This document shows positions 38,695 through 51,102 of a DNA stretch of 64,000 bases, one piece after another. The translations under genes and the position numbers were made by a program. Location of the stretch: NCBI GenBank assembly GCA_002269645.1, contig NIVC01002252.1, forward strand, positions 124,001-188,000, read 5' to 3'. Within the stretch, counting starts at the first letter, position 1, and every line of letters begins with the position of its first letter. This stretch comes from Macrostomum lignano (taxonomy: Eukaryota). The notes beneath the pieces are model-generated. The model was not told the origin of the DNA and searched no databases. It saw nothing but the letters and a program-made list of their open reading frames with translations.

Positions 38695-40605
38695 GATAGG
38701 GGATATGGAGATTGGGGATATGGAGATTGGGGATATGAAGATTGGGGATATGAAGATTAGGGATATGAAGATTGGGGATATGGAGATTGGGGATATGGAG
38801 ATTGGGGATATGAAGATTGGGGATATGAAGATTAGGGATATTGAGATTGGGGAAATAAAGATTGGGGATATGAAGATTAGGGATATGGAGATTGGGGATA
38901 TGGAGATTGGGGATATGGAGATTGGGGATATGGAGATTGGGGATATGAAGATTGGGGATATGAATTGATATGGGATTGGGGATATGAAGATTAGGGATAT
39001 GGAGATTGGGGATATGAAGATTGGGGATATGAAGATTAGGGATATGAAGATTGGGGATATGAAGATTAGGGATATGAAGATTAGGGATATGAGATTGGGG
39101 ATATGAAGATTAGGGGATATGAAGATTGGGGATATGAAGATTAGGGATATGGAGATTGGGGATATGAAGATTGGGGATATGAAGATTAGGGATATGGAGA
39201 TTGGGGATATGAAGATTGGGGATATGAAGATTAGGGATATGGAGATTGGGGATATGGAGATTGGGGATATGAAGATTGGGATATGAGATTAGGGATATGG
39301 AGATTGGGGATATGAAGATTGGGGATATGAAGATTAGGGATATGGAGATTGGGGATATGAAGATTGGGGATATGAAGATTAGGGATATGGAGATTGGGGA
39401 TATGAAGATTGGGGATATGAAGATTAGGGATATGGAGATTGGGGATATGAGATTGGGGATATGAAGATTAGGGATATGGAGATTGGGGATATGAAGATTG
39501 GGGATATGAAGATTAGGGATATGGAGATTGGGGATATGGAGATTGGGGATATGAAGATTGGGGATATGAAGATTAGGGATATGGAGATTGGGGATATGAA
39601 GATTGGGGATATGAAGATTGGGGATATGAAGATTAGGGATATGGAGATTGGGGATATGAAGATTGGGGATATGAAGATTACGGATATGGAGATTGGGGAT
39701 ATGAGATTAGGGATATGAGATTGGGGATATGAAGATTGGGGATATGAAGATTAGGGATATGGAGATTGGGGATATGAAGATTGGGGATATGAAGATTAGG
39801 GATATGGAGATTGGGGATATGAAGATTAGGGATATGGAGATTGGGGATATGAAGATTGGGGATATGAAGATTAGGGATATGGAGATTGGGGATATGAAGA
39901 TTGGGGATATGAAGATTAGGGATATGGAGATTGGGGATATGAGATTGGGGATATGAAGATTGGGATATGAAGATTGGGGATATGAGATTAGGGATATGAG
40001 ATTGGGGATATGAAGATTGGGGATATGAAGATTAGGGGATATGAGATTAGGGATATGGAGATTGGGGATATGAAGATTAGGGGATATGGAGATTGGGATA
40101 TGAAGATTGGGGATATGAAGATTAGGGATATGGAGATTGGGGATATGAGATTAGGGATATGGAGATTAGGGAATATGAAGATTGGGGATATGAAGATTAG
40201 GGATATGGAGATTGGGATATGAAGATTAGGGATATGAAGATTAGGGATATGGAGATTGGGGATATGAAGATTAGGGATATGGAGATTGGGGATATGGAGA
40301 TTGGGGATATGAAGATTGGGGATATGAAGATTAGGGGATATGGAGATTGGGGATATGAAGATTGGGGATATGAAGATTGGGGATATGAAGATTGGGGATA
40401 TGGAGATTGGGGATATGGAGATTGGGGATATGAAGATTGGGATATGGAGATTGGGGATATGAAGATTGGGGATATGGAGATTGGGGATATGAATTGGGGA
40501 TTGGGGATATGGAGATTGGGGATATGAAGATTGGGGATATGAAGATTGGGGATATGGAGATTGGGGATATGAAGATTGGGGATATGGAGATTGGAGATAT
40601 GAAAA
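38695..40605. repeat. 15-bp G-rich minisatellite (GGGGATATG(A/G)AGATT)
   Basis: Tandem copies starting about 150 bp past the XPB stop. Confidence 0.97.
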
Positions 40606-40757
40606 TTTGGGAGCGCAAATTATGTCAAGTCGATTTCATATAAAAAATAAATTAGTTGTGAAAGCATCTTAAATAAACAAGGTCAGTCAGACTTATTTAA
40701 CTACTACAAGTAGGCAGGATACTATTATTGAATTTCAACTCATTGTCAGCAAATCAA

Positions 40758-43700
40758 TCAACGTTTAAACTTCCTAAACAGCGGGTGCCGCTCCTGCAAC
40801 CGCTTGGCGGCCGACTGTCCCGAGCGGAACTCGGTGTACACGGTCTCGTCCGCGCCGGACAGGCTGGCCATTGTGGCCGAGCGGCGCTGGAATGCGGGCG
40901 CCGATTGGACTTTCTTCATTGCGCCGCCGCCGGACGAAGCCGTCTGGCCGGGCTCCTCCTCGTCGCGAGCGTCCGACTCGGAGGTGGCCAGCACCTGCTG
41001 GAGCAGCTGCAGCTGCGACTCCTTGGTTGACAGGCCGAGGCCCTCCTCGGACTCCATGCCGGGCAGCCTGGTGACCACTTTGAATGCGTAGCCCTGGGCG
41101 GGAGGGAGCGGCGGTAAGGTGCTGCAAACAAATCGTCACTAATCGATGGAGTTCCACATCAACAAATCGTCACTCGTCGATAGAATTCCCCACTCAACAA
41201 ATCGTCACTCATCGATAGAATTCCCCATTGACAAATCGTCACTAATAGATGGAATTCCCCCTCAACAAACCGTCACTAATCAATGGAATTGAATTCCCCC
41301 TCAACAAATCGTCACTAATAGATGGAATTCCCCATTGACAAATCGTCACTAATAGATGGAATTCCCCCTCAACAAATCGTCACTAATAGATGGAATTCCC
41401 CCTCAACAAACCGTCACTAATCGATGGAATTCCACATCAACAAATCGTCACTAATCGATGGAATTGAATTCCCCCTCAACAAATCGTCACTAATATATGG
41501 AATTCCCCCTCAACAAATCGTCACTAATAGATGGAATTCCCCCTCAACAAATCGTCACTAATTGATGGAATTCCCCCTCAACAAATCGTCACTAATAGAT
41601 GGAATTCCCCCTCAACAAACCGTCACTAATCGATGGAATTCCACATCAACAAATCGTCACTAATAGATAGAATTCCCCCTCAACAAATCGTCACTAATAG
41701 ATAGAATTCCCCCTCAACAAATCGTCACTAATAGATGGAATTCCCCCTCAACAAATCGTCACTAATAGATGGAATTCCCCTCAACAAATCGTCACTAATA
41801 GATGGAATTCCCCCTCAACAAACCGTCACTAATCGATGTAATTGAATTCCCCCTCAACAAATCGTCACTAATAGATAGAATTCCCTCTCAACAAATCGTC
41901 ACTAATAGATAGAATTCCCCTCAACAAATCGTCACTAATAGATGGAATTCCCCATTGACAAATCGTCACTAATAGATGGAATTCCCCTCAACAAACCGTC
42001 ACTAATCGATGGAATTCCACATCAACAAATCGTCACTAATCGATGGAATTGAATTCCCCTCAACAAATCGTCACTAATAGATGGAATTCCCCTCAACAAA
42101 TCGTCACTAATAGATGGAATTCCCCCTCAACAAATCGTCACTAATAGATGGAATTCCCCCTCAACAAACCGTCACTAATCGATGGAATTCCACATCAACA
42201 AATCGTCACTAATCGATGGAATTCCACATCAACAAATCGTCACTAATCGATGGAATTGAATTCCCCCTCAACAAATCGTCACTAATAGATGGAATTCCCC
42301 CTCAACAAATCGTCACTAATAGATGGAATTCCCCCTCAACAAACCGTCACTAATCGATGGAATTCCACATCAACAAATCGTCACTAATCGATGGAATTGA
42401 ATTCCCCCTCAACAAATCGTCACTAATAGATAGAATTCCCCCTCAACAAATCGTCACTAATAGATGGAATTCCCCCTCAACAAATCGTCACTAATAGATG
42501 GAATTCCCCCTCAACAAATCGTCACTAATAGATGGAATTCCCCCTCAACAAATCGTCACTAATAGATGGAATTCCCCCTCAACAAATGTCACTAATAGAT
42601 GGAATTCCCCCTCAACAAATCGTCACTAATAGATGGAATTCCCCCTCAACAAACCGTCACTAATCGATGTAATTGAATTCCCCCTCAACAAATCGTCACT
42701 AATAGATAGAATTTCCTCTCAACAAATCGTCACTAATAGATAGAATTCCCCTCAACAGATCGTCACTAATAGATGGAATTCCCCATTGACAAATCGTCAC
42801 TAATAGATGGAATTCCCCCTCAACAAACCGTCACTAATCGATGGAATTCCACATCAACAAATCGTCACTAATCGATGGAATTGAATTCCCCCTCAACAAA
42901 TCGTCACTAATAGATGGAATTCCCCCTCAACAAACCGTCACTAATCGATGGAATTCCACATCAACAAATCGTCACTAATAGATAGAATTCCCCCTCAACA
43001 AATCGTCACTAATAGATAGAATTCCCCCTCAACAAATCGTCACTAATAGATAGAATTCCCCCTCAACAAATCGTCACTAATAGATGGAATTCCCCCTCAA
43101 CAAATCGTCACTAATAGATGGAATTCCCCCTCAACAAACCGTCACTAATCGATGTAATTGAATTCCCCCTCAACAAATCGTCACTAATAGATAGAATTCC
43201 CTCTCAACAAATCGTCACTAATAGATAGAATTCCCCCTCAACAAATCGTCACTAATAGATGGAATTCCCCATTGACAAATCGTCACTAATAGATGGAATT
43301 CCCCCTCAACAAACCGTCACTAATCGATGGAATTCCACATCAACAAATCGTCACTAATCGATGGAATTGAATTCCCCCTCAACAAATCGTCACTAATAGA
43401 TGGAATTCCCCCTCAACAAATCGTCACTAATAGATGGAATTCCCCCTCAACAAATCGTCACTAATAGATGGAATTCCCCCTCAACAAACCGTCACTAATC
43501 GATGGAATTCCACATCAACAAATCGTCACTAATCGATGGAATTCCACATCAACAAATCGTCACTAATCGATGGAATTGAATTCCCCCTCAACAAATCGTC
43601 ACTAATATATGGAATTCCCCCTCAACAAATCGTCACTAATAGATGGAATTCCCCATTGACAAATCGTCACTAATAGATGGAATTCCCCCTCAACAAACCG

Positions 43701-46700
43701 TCACTAATCGATGGAATTCCACATCAACAAATCGTCACTAATCGATGGAATTGAATCCCCCCTCAACAAATCGTCACTAATAGATAGAATTCCTTCTCAA
43801 CAAATCGTCACTAATAGATAGAATTCCCCCTCAACAAATCGTCACTAATAGATGGAATTCCCCATTGACAAATCGTCACTAATAGATGGAATTCCCCCTC
43901 AACAAATCGTCACTAATAGATGGAATTCCCCCTCAACAAATCGTCACTAATAGATGGAATTCCCCCTCAACAAACCGTCACTAATCGATGGAATTGAATT
44001 CCCCCTCAACAAATCGTCACTAATAGATAGAATTCCCCCTCAACAAATCGTCACTAATAGATAGAATTCCCCCTCAACAAATCGTCACTAATAGATGGAA
44101 TTCCCCATTGACAAATCGTCACTAATAGATGGAATTCCCCCTCAACAAATCGTCACTAATAGATGGAATTCCCCCTCAACAAACCGTCACTAATAGATGG
44201 AATTCCCATCAACAAATCGTCACTAATCGATGGAATTCCCCCTCAACAAATCGTCACTAATAGATAGAATTCCCCCTCAACAAATCGTCACTAATAGATA
44301 GAATTCCCCTCAACAAATCGTCACTAATAGATGGAATTCCCCCTCAACAAATCGTCACTAATCGAGATGGAATTCCCCTCAACAAATCGTCACTAATAGA
44401 TAGAATTCCCCCTCAACAAATCGTCACTAATAGATAGAATTCCCCCTCAACAAATCGTCACTAATAGATGGAATTCCCCATTGACAAATCGTCACTAATA
44501 GATGGAATTCCCCCTCAACAAATCGTCACTAATAGATGGAATTCCCCCTCAACAAATCGTCACTAATAGATGGAATTCCCCCTCAACAAACCGTCACTAA
44601 TCGATGGAATTCCACATCAACAAATCGTCACTAATCGATGGAATTCCACATCAACAAATCGTCACTAATAGATGGAATTCCCCCTCAACAAATCGTCACT
44701 AATAGATGGAATTCCCCCTCAACAAATCGTCACTAATAGATGGAATTCCACATCAACAAATCGTCACTAATCGATGGAATTCCACATCAACAAATCGTCA
44801 CTAATCGATGGAATTCCCCCTCAACAAATCGTCACTAATCGATGGAATTGAATTCCCCCTCAACAAATCGTCACTAATAGATGGAATTCCCCTCAACAAA
44901 TCGTCACTAATAGATGGAATTCCCCCTCAACAAACGTCACTAATAGATGGAATTCCCATCAACAAATCGTCACTAATCGATGGAATTCCCCATTGATAAG
45001 TCGTCACTAATAGATGGAATTCCCCATTGATAAGTCGTCACTAATAGATGAAATTCCCCATCGACAAATCGCCACTAATCGATGAAATTCCCCATCAACA
45101 AATCGTCACTAATAGATGGAATTCCAAATATCGGTCTGAAACGAACCTGATTAACCAGAAACCGCTGCCTCTTCTCGGCAAAGTACATCTCAGCCGTGTC
45201 CTGCGACACCAAGCTATAATAGTACGCGTTGTACTCGTCGCCCGGCCCGGTGCCGCGCTTGGCCCGAAGAATCCGGCCAAGACGCTGGGCCTCCTGGCGC
45301 CGGGAGCCGCCGTGACTGGTGATCTGGATCAGCACGTTGGCCTCAGGCAAATCGAAGCTATTATCCGCCACCTTGGATACGAAAATCGTATTCACTTGGG
45401 GATTGTTTTGAAAGTTTTTCAACACGTACATTCTCTCAGTTTGAGAAGTCGGCCCGTACAAATACGGCTTATTCAAAGCGTTGGCGTAGTACTTCAGAGC
45501 GAACACGTTGTCAGAGAATACGATGATTTTATCTTCGCGTCTAGCGTGATAGTTAATTAGAAACTGACAGACGCGAAACTTATTGGGATTCATCTGATAC
45601 AACAGTGTACGCCTAGCCCAGGATTTCTGGCTGCAATATTCCCGATAAAACTCCGGCGTCATTGGGCACCAGACCTCGGCGCATTGAACCCTGGCAATGT
45701 AGCCACCGCGCTGCAACTCTAACCAATTAGCCTCGTACAGCTTCGGTCCAATTAGAAAGTTCAAATCCGCGATTTTGTCATCCTCGCGTACCAGAGTGGC
45801 CGTCAGGCCCAGCTTGCAGTGCGAGCGTACGATAGTTAGCACCCGCCGGAACATCTTGGCCGGGATTGTGTGCACCTCGTCTAGCACCATTAGGCCCCAT
45901 TCTTGGTCGCGAAGCCAGGACATAACCTATGGGTGGTAAGGAGATTGTAAGAATTGAATATATTCTAATTATAATGCCAATAGTTGTAAAGCCTGTTACT
46001 AGTGCATAGTGCAATATACCGGAAATGAGATAGAACAGTGGCTTTTTAAACAATTGATATTGGGAATAATTAAATAACCGGAAGTGGATTATTCGCAGTT
46101 GGTTAAAGGAACTGGAAATGAGTTAGAAGCAGTTTACTAACCGGAAGTGAAGATATTAGCAGTTTATTAACCGGAAGAGAAAATATAAGCAGTTTACTAA
46201 CCGGAACTGGAGAAATTAGCAGTTTATGAAACGGAAGTGGATTATTATCTTTTTATTGACCGAAAGTGGATTATTAGCAGGTTATTGACCGGAAGTGGGT
46301 TAGTAGCTATTTATAAACCGGAAGTAGATTATTAGCTGTTTATTAACCGGAAGTGGGTTAGTAGCTATTTATTAACCGGAAGTAGATTATTAGCTGTTTA
46401 TTAACCGAAAGTAGATTATTAGCTGTTTATTAACCGGAAGTAGATTATTAGCTGTTTATTAACCGAAAGTAGATTATTAGCTGTTTATTAACCGGAAGTA
46501 GATTATTAGCTGTTTATTAACCGGAAGTGGATTATTAGCTGTTTATTAACCGAAAGTAGATTATTAGCTGTTTATTAACCGGAAGTGGGTTAGTAGCTAT
46601 TTATAAACCGGAAGTAGATTATTAGCTGTTTATTAACCGGAAGTGGGTTAGTAGCTATTTATTAACTGGAAGTAGATTATTAGCTGTTTATTAACCGGAA

Positions 46701-49353
46701 GTAGATTATTAGCTGTTTATTAACCGGAAGTGGGTTAGTAGCTATTTATTAACCGGAAGTAGATTATTAGCTGTTTATTAACCGGAAGTGGGTTAGTAGC
46801 TATTTATTAACCGGAAGTGGGTTAGTAGCTATTTAACCGGAAGTGGGTTAGAAGCTATTTATTAACCGGAAGTGGGTTAGTAGCTATTTATTAACCGGAA
46901 GTAGGTTAGTAACTATTTATAACCCGGAAGTGGATTATTAGCTGTTTATTAACCGGAAGTGGGTCCTCAAGTGGGTTACTGGTGGCTTGATGAACTGCAA
47001 GCTCATTATCCTCACCTGTTCAGCCTCAAAGGATCGCTTACTGCTGTGAGCAATCATAGAATAAGTGGATATGCAAATCCCTGCGCTACCCGGTCGCTCT
47101 TTAGACTCGCTGGTGAATCGACATATCTGAGAATCTTCGATAGTCGACCAGAGCCGGAACTGGCTGCGCCATTGTTCAACGGCTACGCCGGAAGTGCACA
47201 GCACCAGGCATCGCTTACGCACAGTGCAAGCGGCCGTAACGCCTACTAAAGTTTTACCAGCTCCGCATGGCAGCACAATGACACCGCTGCGAGCTCTGCC
47301 ATTGCCGAACATCTTATGCAACGATCTCTCCTGATACGGCCGCAGTGTAGTTAGCGGCTTCAAATCTATAGACAGATTCGGATTCTTCGTATCCTGACGG
47401 AAGTCGTACTCGGCCATCAGAGGATAATCCAGTTCAGTGCAGCGCTTCTGCAGCACTTCAATCATGCTCTGTTGCACTTCTAGAGATACTCGGCTGGCCG
47501 ATGCGGCCAAGTCCTCCGCGGTGGCGTCCTCTCGGTCCAGCCGATCGTATAGGTCAAGGATGTCGCTGGGAGTGTCGGTTGTCGATGCGGCGGCGGCGGC
47601 GGCTGAGTCAGCCTGCTGTTCAGCCGCTGAGGCTGGCACAGTGCGGCCCTGTCAATCCCATTTTCATGGATATTTATTTTATTTAGGCTCTCAGTAACAA
47701 GCAATGGATAATAGCGCAATAATATTTTGTATTCATATTGCTCAAGTGTCGACTCAAGGCAAATAGGATTTTGATAAATAATTTTTGTGCCTTGCTTATT
47801 GGGCGCCCCGAAGGGGGTGTCTTCTAAATTTCTAATTTTAATCTCATTTCATCATAACTTTATTAGCCTTTCTCTTCACAATCTATTCTCATACAGATAA
47901 TCTCAATATTTTCCTACTCTAGATCACACTAATACGAGCTAAATAAACGATAATAAAAATCCCCGATGAAAACGGCACCTAGGCCAAGAAGCATCCCAGA
48001 TTCACTTGCGTCATCCTAGAGTCGTGTTGCAGGTAACGCAGGTAAAACAGGAAAGAAGTGACTACACCAGGGGTCGGCACTTTTTTATCTGAAGAAAGAG
48101 GAACAGGAGGGAAGAGGAGACGAGAGGAGAGAATGGAGACGAGACAGCTGAAAAGAGACAAAAACCTTGAGCGGGCCGGATTGCTATTGTGAAGTTTCAA
48201 AGAACCCGAGAGCCGGATAGAGAGGCTTTGCGGGCTGGGCTGCATGTGGCCCGCGAGCCGGAACTTGCCGACACCTGGACTAAACGGACGACCCTAAAAC
48301 GACGAGATGTCACGGTACAAGTCGCCAAAAACGTCGTCAAAGAGTCAATTCGAGGCGGATTGGCTGCAACTCTGAAACGACTCTAAGGCAACGCAAGTGA
48401 CTCTGGGTGTAGCGTGTAGAGTTGTATCTAAGACGTGCTAGAGTAGAGTTCAGTCTACTTGAGTTGGTTGGTAGACTTTTTCGAGACTCTTTTTCATGAT
48501 TTTACAACACACGCGATGCGCGAGTGACTCAACAGTCATCCCAGAGTCGCTAGAGTCACGGTAACGTTTTCATCGGGATTCCTAACCTTGAAAAAAAAAC
48601 CTACAGCGCACGCAGTCTCACCTGTGCAGCTGCCACAGCCGCCTCCAGCATTGACTGAGACTGACTAGGGTTGAGCAGGCACTCCATGACCACAGGATCC
48701 AATAGTACAGTTTTCACAACTGTCAAATGTTGGCTTTCAATAAAATAGCGGCCATCTTTTAGCACTAATTTAAGCTTAGCGTAGCTTTGCGTACAAATCC
48801 TAATGAACTGCTCAATGCCGGGATCTAAAGAGGTTTTGCACAGCCGTCGCAAGTATTCAATAATATTGTCAGTTTCTAAACCGACACTAACAGCAGCGTA
48901 CAGACTGTAAGAAGTCAGTCGATACTCGTGAATCAGCTCTGGCCTACTGACTGGCTCTGAGATTGCTATTAGAAAATCGTGCGCCTGCTTGTAGACCGGA
49001 CTGAATGCTTCTAGGAAAATATGCCCATCAGGCGCTACCCACAATGGCCTGGACTCGTGATCGGTTTTCAATGTCAACGATTTACTGTAGTCTTTAGCGC
49101 CATATTCGTCCATTTCGACGGCGCCAGCCTCGGCGCCTGGCGCGCCTTTAGCAGCCGCGGCGGGCACAGCGGCCTCGGTGGCGGCATCTGTCGCCGCGTC
49201 GTCTTCAAAATCCGACGCTTGATAATCCACATCGGAATCGTCTTTGGCTGCGGGTTTTTCTATCCGGACTTTCTTAGACGGTCGGCCAGAACTCGAAGAC
49301 TCTTTATTGGCGCCGCTAGATTTTCCGGCTTTCTTACGCTTGTCACCGCCCAT
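40758..49353 (-). CDS. ERCC3: TFIIH helicase/translocase XPB, about 826 aa; exons 49353-48622, 47648-47016, 45926-45147, 41093-40758
   Basis: [77 protein letters not shown]|[20 protein letters not shown] introns, phase-consistent. Confidence 0.97.
41125..45125. repeat. 34-bp minisatellite (AACAAATCGTCACTAATAGATGGAATTCCCCCTC), about 4 kb, XPB intron 3
   Basis: Tandem copies filling almost the whole intron. Confidence 0.97.
46070..46965. repeat. 29-bp minisatellite (AACCGGAAGTAGATTATTAGCTGTTTATT), XPB intron 2
   Basis: About 30 tandem units. Confidence 0.95.
47992..48409. mobile_element. Inverted-repeat (MITE-like) element in XPB intron 1
   Basis: Arm 47992-48025 is an imperfect reverse complement of arm 48377-48409; a third related copy lies near 48535-48559. 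Confidence 0.55.
48068..48277. mobile_element. hAT (Charlie-like) MITE, 210 bp
   Basis: TIRs CAGGGGTCGGCA / TGCCGACACCTG (11/12), 8-bp TSD GACTACAC/GACTAAAC, subterminal GGCCCGCGAGCCG. Confidence 0.85.
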
Positions 49354-49449
49354 TTTTACTGTGCGAGTGGCGTTGAAACAATTTGCTGCAAAATAAAATA
49401 TTTGAAAAATTACGACTCTTAGAGTAAAAACCAAAGCCTCTGGCGCCGT

Positions 49450-50350
49450 AATCACTCTCTTTTAGCACCCCAAGAACTATCTTTGGCACCCCAGGCACTC
49501 TCTTTAGCACTCCAAGCACTCTCTTTAGCATCCCAAGCACTCTCTTTAGCACCCCAGGCACTCTCTTTAGCATCCCAAGCACTCTCTTTAGTACCCCAGG
49601 CACTCTCTTTAGCACTCCAAGTACTCTCTTTAGCACCCTAGGCACTCTCTTTAGCACTCCAAGCACTCTCTTTAGCACCCCAGGCACTCTCTTTAGCACT
49701 CCAAGTACTCTCTTTAGCACCCCAGGCACTCTCTTTAGCACTCCAAGCACTCTCTTTAGCATCCCAAGCACTCTCTTTAGCACCCCAGGCACTCTCTTTA
49801 GCACTCCAAGCACTCTCTTTAGCACCCCAGGCACTCTCTTTAGCACTCCAAGCACTCTCTTTAGCACCCCAAGCACTCTCTTTAGCACCCGAAGCACTCT
49901 CTTTAGCGTCCCAAGCACTCTCTTTAGCACTCCAAGCACTCTCTTTAGCACCCCAAGCACTCTCTTTAGCACCCAAAGCACACTCTTTAGCACCCGAAGC
50001 ACACTCTTTAGCACCCGAAGCACTCTTTTTAGCGTCCCAAGCACTCTCTTTAGCACCCAAAGCACACTCTTTAGCACCCGAAGCACTCTTTTTAGCGTCC
50101 CAAGCACTCTCTTTAGCACCCAAAGCACTCTCTTTAGCGTCCCAAGCACTCTCTTTAGCACCCAAAGCACACTTTTTAGCACCCGAAGCATTCTTTTTAG
50201 CGTCTCAAGCACTCTCTTTAGCACCCAAAGCACACTCTTTAGCACCCGAAGCACTCTCTTTAGCATCCCAAGCACTCTCTTTAGCACCCAAAGCACACTC
50301 TTTAGCACCCAAAGCACTCTCTTTAGCACCCAAAGCACACTCTTTGGCAC
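49450..50350. repeat. 21-bp minisatellite (TTAGCACCCCAAGCACTCTCT) just upstream of the XPB ATG
   Basis: Tandem copies; source of the VLKRVLG ORFs. Confidence 0.96.
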
Positions 50351-51002
50351 TCCCTTAGGCGCCTACTAAATTTTAATGCCATAGATTTGAATATTAACAG
50401 TAAAAATATCTTTGTATTCAATATAATAATACAAATTCATCTAAATAGTACCACTTAGATACCTTGAAACATTGATAAAAGTTCAACACTTTAAAATTGG
50501 AATTTAAAAAAAATTAATTTATCTATATTACGAGTATCATAAAAAATGGGAATCTATACAGATAGCATGGCATCCTATATCAATAAAGAAATCAATTGGC
50601 ATATCTACAATCTTAAATATTTTAAATCTTCAAATTGAGAAAGCATCAAATTTAAATTGTAAAAAGCTTACTCTGATTACTTTTTATGATTATGCTAACA
50701 AGAAAACTGAAAAAGTTAAGCTAACTATAAAAATATATTCTTATAATCCTATATAGCTATATGCTCTATATTTAAGACTAAACTTTGTCTATAAACTTGT
50801 ATATTTGACAAAGTATCTACACATTTTAAATTTACTCTAATGAGATATTTAATTTTTAGTATTAAGCTATATATTGGATATAAGCCATAGCCAAGATATT
50901 GTCTTACATATACTCAAAAACATAAACTGATTAAATATAAATATTATGATATATAGAGCCTATGTTTATCTTATATATAGGCACTAGACCAAGGCAATTG
51001 AT

Positions 51003-51102
51003 CTCGTGAATCAGCTCTGGCCTACTGACTGGCTCTGAGATTGCTATTAGAAAATTGTGTGCCTGGTTGTAGACTGGACTAGATGCTTCTAAGAAAATAT
51101 GC
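51003..51102 (-). pseudogene. 100-bp duplicated fragment of XPB exon 1 (source 48925-49024)
   Basis: 93/100 identity by manual alignment; flanked by the 10-bp direct repeat AGGCACTAGA. Confidence 0.92.
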
